Assembly: GCA_976226885.1 (NCBI GenBank)
Contig: OZ320313.1
Location: 58,280,001 to 58,344,000, forward strand
Direction of reading: 5' to 3'
Length of the DNA: 64,000 nt
DNA from: Iphione sp. A-MEVVRFRX5
Lineage: Eukaryota
Position numbers and translations under genes: made by a program. Each line of letters opens with the position of its first letter. Position 1 is the first letter of the stretch. This document shows, piece after piece, positions 38,401 through 50,670 of the stretch. The notes beneath the pieces are model-generated. The model worked only from the letters and a program-made list of their open reading frames with translations. It did no database searches and was not told the origin of the DNA.

Positions 38401-40819
38401 TATCACTCTTAATGTTGTATTGACACATCAAGTAATCACCTGTCAACACTGGACCGATGGCTGGTGGTACAGGAGGAGGACTGTTGCCCCGGTGCGGTCG
38501 CGGGTCGTGGTGGTGGCTGTGGTAGCACGTGTGGTGGGAGTAAGCCGTTCAAATCAATCAAAACGGGGAGCAATTAAGGAGACACGTACATGCGTGAACT
38601 AGACCGTGTCAAATCAAACGAGGCCGACAGTGAGGAGGAATCTTCCTCCTGCGCTTGTGAATTCGTAGGTCACGTTCAAATACATACAACGTGTGGTATA
38701 TGTAAAGCACGAACGTGGGATGCTCATACTCTTTGTCGCCTATCGATTGTCCCTCCACTGGCAGTCACCCATGCTATCCTAAGGGCTCCATACTGGCATG
38801 CAGGCAGCTCCTCTCCCGCCGCCGAGGCTCGCTTACCGCCAAGCATCAGTATGCTTCCCATTATTGTCTCAACATCTAGCGAGGGAGTGCCATATGTTCC
38901 GTGTGCGTTCCGTGGTCTCCTGGCGAATGGGTTCAATCAATGGTGGACAGGGAAGACCAAACAGTCCTGTCCAGCCATAATTAACCCTGTGAATTCCACG
39001 TATATGGCTTCGTTCGGAGCTTTCAGCGGGAAGCCGCAAATTTCGAGTGTGCAGCGCTCCGGATGATGGAATACTTCGGGAGTGTATGGCACTTAAATCA
39101 TAGTTGGTAGGCTATGTTTAGGAGATTAGATGGGAAGAAGTTCTCTTTATGCGCCTTAGATGGGATAACGTTACGCAATCAAAGGCCGTATGAAGCATGA
39201 AGCCCTGCTTTAAGGAAAAATACTTATACGGAATAGGTGTGAGGACTTAATACACCGGGTGCAAGTGGTTGAACACAACAGAAGATTATTACAACAATGG
39301 AAAACAGTCGTTATTCACCAAAGTGCAGAAACAAACCGACAGGTCGTATATGGCCGTTAAGAATGTACGCTTTTATACCTGACAGAAATTGCAGACCATG
39401 AACATGCCGATATTAGTATTCTGAAAGAGCACGCTGGACACTTTCACAACTTCCGCAAGAGCAGGATGTCTACACATTAGATCTGCTAGGCATAAAACGG
39501 ACTTTATGTCCCGTGACATCAGGTATTATATGAAAAGGCACTGAAATCTTATCGCTGCGTTATATTAAAAGCTCATATTTTATGTGCAAAGCTACTCAAC
39601 TTGCCAATAATGTTTTCACATTTTGGACCCACAGTTGATGTATCTAGTGTGGAAACGTAGAGCGTAGGATGCTGTTCAAGATGCCTTGGTGCCGTGACAT
39701 TTCCTGCTATACGGCACGTGTGTGTAGCATCAAACCTGACAAGATTTGCCGTATTGTAACAGTATTGTCTCAATGAAAATTTCATTGTTGTTCAGTCTCA
39801 GAAACATAGTGTGGACTGACCCTAATTCAACGAGATAATCTATTTTGCCACAATTCGACCAGGGAAACCTAATAGTGAGCTGATGTCCCCGGGAAATAAA
39901 GGTTTCGTAATCTGCTTAAGACCAGTGCCTTCACACAGATCGGCCAGAGTTTAATCGCACCTTATGGAGGCAAAATACAAAAGAGCACCATATATATTGA
40001 ACATCTTTTATTCAGCTTTTATTTATTCATACCTAGACCCTTATCGCTTAATCCTCTGAAATCTGTTCCTGCCTTACAGGAAACGACGGGGAAAGGTTTA
40101 TTTTAGAAAAGATATATGGTCCACGAGGTGTGCAGTTAAAACGGCCATCGAATGTAGCACAATGGTTTATGTTTGGCATATCATACAATGCATTTATTAA
40201 GGTGGCTGTGAAAGAGACGGTCAAGGATTTCAGTTGTTCCAGTAAGTAGATGTCAAATATGGCCTGGCACTACCCACACGACCCAACAAGGGTAGCAGCA
40301 GTCTCCGTGCTCTGCCTAGTTGTCCTACGGCCAGAAACCGTTCAGTTTATAATACGATTGCTAGCATGTCGTCTACCTGGGGCATCCATTGATAATTCAG
40401 TTGAATACGTCCACTGAAAAGATCAGCCCCGGACCTTGTTACGGATAAGAAAGCAGCCATAAAGAAATGACACAACCTTAAACTAGACAGAGTCGAAGCA
40501 TTGTATCGGTAGCCCTCCTAGTGCTCATAATATGTGACCAGACTAAGTATGCGTCTTGCTACTCTATCAAGATTTCTTTCCGTGTGTTCTAATGCTCCCC
40601 AGACGGTGTAAGGTCAAGGGGGCGGGCACCTACTAAATGGTTGTTCGCGCCTCAGTACCCACCGATGGGTTGGGCAAGCCCGCGCCCGGCGTCAACGCAG
40701 ACAATCGCCGGGCGGCAACACTAGCCCCGAGTAGGTCCCATTCCACTCGACTGGTAGCAGCAGTGGAGAGAGCTGTTCAGATTGCCTGCACGTAGGAGTG
40801 ACGTACAGGAGACGTGACA

Positions 40820-41600
40820 CAGGCCAATCGCCAGCGACTGCAGAGCCGCCGGTGGCGGAGGATCGCCTCTCGCGCTGAGCGAGCAACTCACGAGCGAGCA
40901 TATTGTGCGCCGAGCGGTGACAGCTGAGACCCGGTCTATGGGCTGGACCGCTGGGGTGCAGGATAATGTCGTTAGCCCCGCCTTTAACAGGGAAGTCACA
41001 CCCATCAGTATAGTGCTCTCTCTCACCAGTCAGGGCATAGGCCTGACGTCGCCTCTTCCCCCTCTCATCGCTATCTGTTGGGATTCCCCTCGAGCAGCCA
41101 ACTGCGATAGTCTCCCCGGCGTCTCCCCGCGTCCCACGTGGGTCAGTGTATTAGGGCACCATGTTTGCAGGGATTCTCAGCCGGATGCTCTCCATCTCCT
41201 GGCGACTGCTGCAGTACGTTGGCCGCGGCCCGGCCGGCCACCGACAATGATCCGGCCCTCCATCGCCGTCGGTGCTGCGTCTCCAGTGGCCGGAAACCGT
41301 CGGTAGCGCTGGCCGGGGGGAAGTGGCTGATTTGTGTGCGCCCCGGACTCTGAATTCGAAGACGACGAAGGTCCACACGGCCAGCAGCGCCCAACTCTGC
41401 TGGAGGAGGGAGTCTGCCCCCATGGACAGTTCAACGTCGGCGGAACTATTGACCGTTCTTTGATCATGCCGTAGCACTTGGCCAGTCGACCAGGACGGCG
41501 CAGGACGTGTATTGCTTCTGATCCGCAAACGCCTTCAAGTCCACCAGTCTTTCTTCCGCAATGGATCTCTCTCTCACTCTTGATGGACAGAAGTACCTGA
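40820..41600 (+). pseudogene. GC-rich decayed reading frame of unknown origin
   Basis: The frame of ORF 40905-41306 is open from about 40820 and continues to about 41600 with 3 internal stops (includes DALHLLATAA and PDSEFEDDEG). Confidence 0.3.
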
Positions 41601-43291
41601 ATAAGTTTATAATCATCCACGAAAGAGGAGCAAAGCAGCCAAGGCTGATGGATTACTCAACTGAGAGGAATTAGGCAATGACAATCGTCTAATTATCATT
41701 TTAAGTAAGTTCATGTGAGCGGCATGAGTACTCTCAAGAACTGAGCATATCAGATGATTCTTACTGAATTAAGCGGAGGATATCACTGTCGTAAGTTCAA
41801 GCAAAGCCTCCTGCTGCATTTGTAGAGTACTGGAACAACCCTGCACACTTTCGTGTTGGGATGTATACATTTTGAAAATATTTCACATTCATATAGAATA
41901 TAGAAAATCATTTCTATTAACCGCACGGTGCATCTTAGTATAGATGTATAAAAATATATACACGTGAGGGTGTGTGAAGTAATTTCAGAGGATCGCTAAC
42001 AGAAAACCTTTCTTAATGACATTGGTTACGTTATGACTCGGGGCCCAATTTCTACTAAGGCCCTAATTAGATGCTAAATGCTAGGCGCATACATATTAAT
42101 GTGTCTCTTGACCGAGTCTATAAATGTGCCAAGTATGTGCTTGGGGGCTTTACTATGCACATTTCATTTTGGACGATATGGATAGCGGCTAGTGGAAATA
42201 CTGCCTATTTACCTTGAGTGGGCGGTGTATTTAAGTGATAAATTTACCTGTACAGCTTAAGGTCTGCAAACCATTTTTGATTGCCGTCGGAGTAGTTTCC
42301 ATTGGTCGTTGAAGTGTAGCTGTTATTTCTGAATCGTTACCAGACACTAGTATTCTTTCCAACAGGTGTTCAGATAGCGCATCTCCGCGCTCCTCGTAGT
42401 GCAGACCTTGTATGGTGAGATGATGCAGGGCTAGACCCAAGCAGCATGCTCGATGGCTGCACAGCTTCAGAGGCGACTTTTTGTCTTCCGTGTCATACAC
42501 ATCTCCCCATACAGCGATATAGTATAAGGGATAGGCTCTGTAAACCTCGTGCAGCTCGATATGATATGTGGCCTGTTTATACACTAGCAGGCGACCCTCC
42601 ATTGCCGCATAATTCGGCGAGTAGAAACGAGTTTTTATTTTCAGGTGAAACCAGAGAGCAGCATAAATGTTGATACGGTCACGACTATTGTTAACAGGCA
42701 ACACACTGCTTCATAGAGTTGCTGAAGTGGTGTGCGATGTGTGACAGGCTGTTGATTTAACTAATTCTGCACGAGGAGCTCCTATTTAGTGTAGCGGCGC
42801 CCAGTCACGAGGCCACAAGGTAAATGGCCAACAAAAAGGGTTAACAACACCTGGAACTCTTCAGTTCATGATAGGGAAGTTGTAACCGTATACCTTGGGT
42901 CATATTTACATAGAGAAACGTCAGACCTCTCAGAACGAGCCAAACAGATCAATATGCTTTCGTACCGCCCCAGAAACCACCCAGTCAAACTTACCGCTTA
43001 AACGGCTCCTATATACTTGCTCAAACCGGTAGTGGATTAAACAGTGTAAATAATGCTGGTATATAATCTTTTAGCATATACAGCCTCGTACGTCAGATAA
43101 ACGTAGAGAACGGAACAGTTAGACCGTCTCATGCTAGGGTTTCGAGCAAAACAACAGCATGGTGTATGTTGCTGCGACTTATATTTCACAAATTGAAATG
43201 TTTATATAGGATAAGTTACTAATCCCCCTCGCTCTATACAATAACAGTACTCGTATCGGATTCAACTTGAGACCGTTGTTCCTCTTGAGCC

Positions 43292-43740
43292 GTGATTCTC
43301 TACATGGTGCACCCTGGAGATTCTGAGCATTTTCTATATCGAAAAGTTCCAGAGATAAGAGTGAGCGGAATGCCACCCTGTATGACCAAAACTCAGGCTG
43401 TCAAATTCAGTGCACCAAATTATAATAACTATCAACGTGCTTGGACAGTCGCAGACACAGTTCGGCCTCTGTCACAGTATCCCTCATTTTGGGGCATCAT
43501 TTAGCAAAGAAATACCCCAGCAACAGTTATTCGAGATGTCTTCCTTGTCGACCATAAGAATCAATTTATTCCAGACGTGACTACGGATTCTAAGAGCCTG
43601 CACAGCGCTGGAGTAATTGGCTTCATCGGGAAAGCAACGATAGAAAGAGGTAGCAACAGCTCACGCATATTGCATCTAGGCCTGTTCTAAGACCAAGGTT
43701 TTAGTGATACCAAGAAAGCACAACTTCAGAACACATTTTA
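43292..43740 (+). pseudogene. Decayed reading frame, about 150 codons with 2 internal stops
   Basis: The 70-aa ORF continues in frame after TAG as QRNTPATVIRDVFLVDHKNQFIPDVTTDSKSLHSAGVIGFIGKATIERG. Confidence 0.3.
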
Positions 43741-46700
43741 GCTGTGTTCCCTGATTCAATTTCGGTTTGGATCAAGGGCATGGGATTTTTTCCCCCTCAA
43801 CTGTTAACAGATTCGAATGTTGCTTTGTTTTTATGTGGGTGTTTTTTGACTTCTTGCATTTCTTGAGTTCTACCTTCGGCATCATTGCTTCATTTTCTTC
43901 CTGTAGCCTTTCTTTTTACACCACTGTTTTTGCATTGTGTATTGATTCAATCTCGTTATGACTTCGACCTCCCAGTATAAAACAAGTACCTGACAGGAGC
44001 TCTTAAGACACGTCACTGCTATAATTGTAATATTGCCTGCATGTTTTGACCAATCTTCTTTGGACTGTTGTTCTTGTCGTGCTGTGGTCCTTTTTTGCGG
44101 TCCGTTATTTATATATTTGAAGTTAGGTATGCCCGGTTGATGTGTATTATATTCGATTTGTTTAATTACTGCTATGCGTATGTGAACCGCTTGCCCCTGT
44201 CCCTCACCGCACCTACGCTGACCAAAGTGCTCATAGCATGCACACCATCCCCAAGGCTGACGTGGTAGCTGTGATTGTGGCCATTTCATGGCTGCCCCCA
44301 TGCAAGTGCCAATGACAGCTGTTGCTCCCTGCCTGTCCCCCGTCTGCCATATGATAAATCATGTATGGCTGTTCAGGAACACTGGGACCATACGCTGCGT
44401 TATCCAGGGGCCTTGCTTTTGTTCGTAAATAGAGATGGTTTGCCATCCTCTTCAGCGAACTCTTCCCCTGTCTATTCCCATCTATCTCCCCATATTCTAT
44501 AATTAGCATGCTTTACATTTTTCTTACCTCCATGGCGCTTCTCTTCTGCTCTATGCGTCTTACGATAGATCTCGTGTCACATGAGATATTGCTTACGCTA
44601 CCTGTTCCTTTAACCAACTTCCTCCTGGTTTTGATTTGCTCCGCTAAAGGGAAAACATATTTAAGATAATGAGTTCCTCTATCATGGCAGCTCGCCCTCC
44701 AGAGAATAGCCGTCCCACATAAGACAGCGGATAAGTCCCCCAACAAACGAAATTAATCGGAATCAACGGAGTTTCCATTCTCCATAAACGTTCTCATAAA
44801 CGTTTACCTTTCCGGAGAGCGGCCGCGCGCCATAATGCAGGGTACTGAGAATAGGTGAAAAATCCGGCTTCAAATCAGATAATTTCACGCCTTGTCACAG
44901 ATGGACAGGTCTGGTGAATAATCATCGTAGCCCCGTATGCCAGTCTAGGCCTCCCGAGCCCCAAATTCGACGAAGCATTTACGACTGCGACCATAAAGAT
45001 AGGCTGCCTAGTTCTAGATGGCTTTACCGCTTCACCTGCCGCCCTGGTGTCCGCCCCTGTCTGTTTGTCGCCATGCACCCGTGCTGTGGCCGCCCCTCCA
45101 TCGGCCATTTGCGGTCACGGTTAATCGTCAGGCTGTAAGCTATAACATGGGGGGTCAGCCGATAGGTTAAAACAGCTTCCATCATAACCGGCTCCCAAAC
45201 GTGTGATAACAGCTGCCAGGTAATCAGATCGGCCGGTGCCAATACTCCTGGAGATGGAGTGATAAATATGTATGGCTTCTCATACCCTCCCAACACTCCT
45301 CCCCGACCCCGGCATCCTTTGGGGTCAGTACGATCATGATCTTAGTTTGCCTATCCGATCAAACCTACAGCAGGATCGGGAATATGATGTGCCATGCCCA
45401 ATGGATGATGTTTCAATAGCGTCAAGAAGAGAATTTGCTGTTGTTTGCAGGATCTCGATATTTCTGTGGTCTGTACGGCCATAGTGCTTTGGGTATAGAC
45501 GGGTAGTCTCCTCTTCCTGTGGCACAGAGGCTATTAGATATCTGACTCGCGATTGTGCGGGGTACAGAAGAGGTATAACGTCTGTATCTCACACATTTTA
45601 TGAAAGCCATGGTCGTCGAGTCCCAATTGCCTTGTCGAGCGACCACATTGCACGAGTAGCGTTACTGTCGAATTAATCATTTACATGATACGCGTACATC
45701 ACATATCAAGGAAACAGGCCTGCGCCGGCCTAGATGAGACCATGGTACTAAGAGCAGCTTTTGCCATTCGCTGAGAGGAGATTGGATCTTTCTGTGTTGG
45801 GCCAGTCCTCCCGTGGCCTCTCTGATCTGTCTGCCCAACTACCCTCTTCCCTGTCCTTTTTGCTGCTGACCGCACTCTACGGCCTGGCGCACAGCCTTTA
45901 TTGTGCAAGAAGCTGGGGGTAACTGCGGGATATTACAGGCCCTTTGGGAATGGGATCATCTGGATGGGCGAAGTGAAGGGTCAAAATGCGAGCTCATGAT
46001 TTGTAGCACCCAGTGGGGAAATACATGAAAGGAGAACGAAAGCAGCCGGTTAACAAAGCAATGACCTGCGGGAAAACGTTGAGAAATAAAAGAATGAGCA
46101 GTGGGGCGGGCAGAGTAGGCAGTCCATGGTCATGAGACACCCATGTCCAGCCTCAGTCAACAAATGTGCACTCGTGCGTCTAGATCGAACATGATTCAGC
46201 AAACTCTAACGTATATTGTGGGACCTCAGATGAGTGTGTATAATTTCCTCAACACAACATAGTTATGCACTGTCATTCGCTGCTAGTGAGAGGGTCAGTA
46301 CCAAAACTTAACATACAGAGAGTTTTTTAAGGAACGCGCGAGGTGATAATCAATGTCTGCGTGTCCATGTAGCCACAATCTGTGGGACACTACGCAGGGA
46401 TAGACGGTCCCACGGCAGTGTGTATCCTAGGGACTAGCCATAGTTCCGGCTGGGTTTGAGTAACACCAGACGTTGTGTGAGGACATCGGCGACGTGATAT
46501 AGATCAGCAAAGTATTACATTTCCGGCCTTTGAGGCAAACATTTTCTTTAACACCTCCTCCCTCCTACCCGTCTGACTTTGTGTCAGTAGCATTGTGTCT
46601 GCGGTGGACTTTATTAGCAAACTTCGTTTGTTAGATATCCGACCTTCTTTTCCAGGACACCCTCCCAAGTGTATTGCATATCAAAGTAAAAGGGAGTTTA

Positions 46701-48056
46701 ATTCTACTTAGCTGAGACATTCCGTAGAAGCCCTTCAGGATTTTCAACCGACTGAAGCTAAAGGCGGCCTGCAATGTGGGGCTCTTGTATTAGACAAGGG
46801 ATATCCCAAGGCATTAATTATGCTTAGGAATAGGCACGCAATATATCGTTTCTACATTGGAGGATCTAGTATATAAAAGATCACTCAGAATTAGCCAGGA
46901 AAAGAAAGGAACCAAGACGGTTTAAGGGGACAGCGTGATGACATCAAAGGAAGTCCGTAGAAAATAACTCTTTTCTCTTTAAGTTACGCCTGCTTTATAA
47001 TGAGAAATGCAGGGCTACTAATACAAGGCAGTTTTTTTATGGCCACCTCATATAATATTTCTCTCTACTATAGTTGTTAATATAATCCTCCTTATGATCT
47101 CTTATGTCAAATGTTCAACGGAACGTAATCCAGAGAACATGGCCCAGCACATTGAATGTAACGTCTATTTTTTAGGCTATTCACTTTGGCTAATGCAGAG
47201 TATCACCTATCAAATAAATAAATATATATGTAACAGCAAATTGTTTCCTTTAAAACCTTGTCAAATACGTTTAGGTGTTTTACCATGGGAATATAAATTC
47301 AAAATAATCTATTATTTCCTTCATTAAGAGGCATAGTTTTTAAGGAACTGTCTCGTTCTCCCTGCTGTGTCAACTCATTAACCATTTAAGTCTGTCTCTC
47401 ATGATCTCTTGTTCTACGTTTCTTGGTAATCATTTACGTTCTTAGCACTGAGTGCTTACCTTCTGAGCCCTTTCTTCATGCAATGATAATGCATATGAAC
47501 ATCAAAATTGCTCTCTCCTATCTGATATTTAGGTATTAGTAAATGTATCAAATCAAACGATAGACATCTAATGCAATGTCAGTTGTTGAAACATCCTGAG
47601 ACTGATTTCATTCATAGGAAAAAACATCGTATCATTAATATATTGTGGACTAAAGAGTAAAGTCACGTTTACAGGCACATTTTGGCCGTAACGGCAAACG
47701 CCACAAATTGCGTTATTTCCTGACAGGTCTGCCTGACATAATGGGCTCCAAATGTCTAGGTTGCGGAAGGACACTATATAGATGTATTGGTAATGCATGT
47801 GTTTTCATTAAAACTCTATCCTGGACCAATTAATTTGATACAAATGCGTCCATAAGCAATGGGATTAGATACAGTTAAATTCAATGTATGTTTACGAACG
47901 CACTCATGTCATCACATCTGGTAACATGAACAACATGTATGTAGCAGGCCCCTTATGCAGATGTTTCCCTGGTATCCCAGGTGCTGTCATTCTTGTCAAG
48001 AGAGCTGTACAAGTGTATTCGTAGCCATGGATGTTGCATAGATGTTCCCTGTGCAA

Positions 48057-48081
48057 GACTTGACTTGACTTGACTTGACTT
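48057..48081. repeat. (TGACT)n pentanucleotide repeat, about 5 units
   Basis: Read directly from the sequence. Confidence 0.9.
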
Positions 48082-48361
48082 ATCGATCCTGTGCGTGTAC
48101 AAAGTGATTATTGAGGACCCCTGAGCATTAAGTCTGGGTGTTTCTAGGGCTTTCATTTAATTCTCATTGTCCAAGTACGATTCTCCTACTACGTACTAGC
48201 TCATAACCTGTGCTCTCTAACTCCTTTGTCAATTATGCTTTAGCCGATATCATTGTATCATTCATGTATCAAACTACTTCTTTGCTATGTGATGTGTCAT
48301 CATTGGCAAGGGTAACGGCATTCGACAAGTGAAACATTCTTTGCTGCGATCGGTTATTTAT

Positions 48362-49140
48362 TTAACGAATGAACAGCATCGCATGCATTCTCCGTAAGCC
48401 TCTCAGGTCCCTTAGAAAAAATATAGGGCTTAGTGAGGAGTAAGCCTTATAGCGGCCAATACTCAGGGCACCAATTACAGGATTATTGACGGCTCTCAGA
48501 AAGTCATCGGTAAATGGTGTCCTGACAGACAGCGGTCCCTCTTTCATAGAATACACGTTAGTTATGTAAGGAGCATACATAATGTCATTATGCTTAAGTT
48601 CCTCATAAAAACGTCCTTTAGCATCTGGATGGGCTCTCCCATTTCTAACAAGTAAAAAACCTTTTACACAGCAACATAGCAGAACTGGGTGCCCACGCTT
48701 AAAATTCATGTCTTTATCAAAATTATCTCTTACGTTTATGAGTGTCGTAATATTATCCACCAAAGTCTCACATCAGCGTATCTTAGCCCATATGCATTTG
48801 GTCGATGATATTTCGCCTCTGGAGGACTTGTTAGTATATTGTGTTGAAATGGATTACGGCGGGCAGCAACTGATGAAGGTAATTTGCGCTGTGTCGGGCT
48901 ATCATTCGCACTGCACCCTTAATTTTCTGCTAACGCGCCGTGTAGATGTTTTGTAAGACATTGTCGTAATGGTGTCCTTATCATTTCTCCAATTATCATC
49001 CGGCGATCCCAGTCTGAAAGTGAGTTTCCCGTCATCTCGTGCTGCTAGGTAAATACGGAGGAGGGAATTAATAGCCACTAGTGTCGTGTTTCTTACCAAC
49101 GTCAACTCAGGCCCGTGTGGTATGAATTGCAGGTAGCGCA
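48362..49140 (-). pseudogene. Intronless decayed reading frame, about 260 codons
   Basis: ORFs 48902-49105 and 48362-48763 share one frame; the gap between them contains only 4 stops in total. Confidence 0.4.
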
Positions 49141-49885
49141 GTTGCGTTTGATATATTTATTTTCAATTGCTCCATATGGGGACCAAATGAAATGTATAAT
49201 TACTGACTGTGCTAAGGGGAAGTACGCAGTAATACAATGCTCTCGCAATGTATTCATATTGAACGATCAAGGATTCAGGAAACGTGCTTAATATCCCCCT
49301 CGCATGTTAGAGGGTACATAGTACAAGAAATGACTGGAACTTCTGGAGGAGAAGGGGGCACAGAAAGATGATAATCCAGTCTTTAAAGCCCTGAAGACAG
49401 AAAGACCCTAGATCCTACTGCAATAAAGTCAATCTCCTAATTCAAATAATGATATGGGCTTCAGGTAACGTCCAGGAATTTATAGGAGTCATTAATACGG
49501 GAAATGAGATTCTTTCCCCAGCAAAGAGGGATATTGAACGCACTACCGGGGTCCATGCACCATTGCTATGTAATACGGCGATTGTATATATATGCATAAA
49601 TACGAAGAGAATCAACTTTGTCTATTTAGCTAGTTCCTTGTGACTGGACACCAGATGTTTAAATGCTAGAGGTATGTATAGCCCATCAAGCAAGAGACAA
49701 GAGGTATGCCAGCTGTAATTATGGCTACATGACTTTGATGGTCGCTCAGCCTCGGGTAGGGATGGTGTTGGATTCGCGTGTCAAATTGAATTTCCCTCAT
49801 CGTGTGTAGTTACCATGCTCTGCCCGCGGCAAGGAACCTGGACAGCCTGCTACAGTGTAAAACCAGGTACCTGTATTAGAATATT

Positions 49886-50670
49886 GTGGAACCACTGTGT
49901 TATAGTATATGTGATAACACCTTCAAGGCGCTGTCCTACAAAGATCACACTCATTTTTTAACGGCACTCAGGGTTAGATTTGCTTTGTTTACCAATGCTA
50001 AATACATGTATGAAATACTGCCGCTCCAGGACATGAACACTGTTCAGAGTAAAAAGACTAAAAACTTGAAAAGATCCGAATACTTATTTCACAATTTCAA
50101 ACTGCAAACGTTTCTAGAAGAGATGATAATGAGTTTTCTTTTGAAAATTCGCAAACAAACCTTTTCCCTGTATCAGGTGTTGTCCATTGCACCGAATATT
50201 GGCGAAGTGTCTGAGCGGAGAGGGAACCTTTGTGCGTACATGTATTTGCCTTGTCGCAGAAATATGCAACCGGCCAAGATATCGGAAAAAACGCTGCAGC
50301 ACAAACGTGTGCAAAGGATGCTTTGTGTGGGTATTCGTTATTCCTTCAATCGTAGACTCGCTGTTAAAGAAAGGTATCTGAGAGTAATGGAACCAGTGCT
50401 TTTGTTTAGAAAATGTTTATTCAGCGTAGAATGCATATTGGATATCGAGATCCTTTACCCCTGACTGAAGGTTTACAACCTCACTGGATTCATAAAAGTT
50501 AAATATTGCCCGAAGAAGCACGGCGTGTCTTTTCAAATACATATACTGCTAGATGCAGGAAGACAGTTGCACACATTAAAGGAAACGTATGCTAATGCCA
50601 ACTTTAATCCATCAAAAGAATCTTTACATATTACCGCTTTTTATAGCACTGAAGCCAACAGTTATTAGTT
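49886..50670 (+). pseudogene. Intronless decayed reading frame, about 260 codons
   Basis: A 192-aa ORF in AT-rich DNA, then one TGA, then about 67 more open codons in the same frame. Confidence 0.45.
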
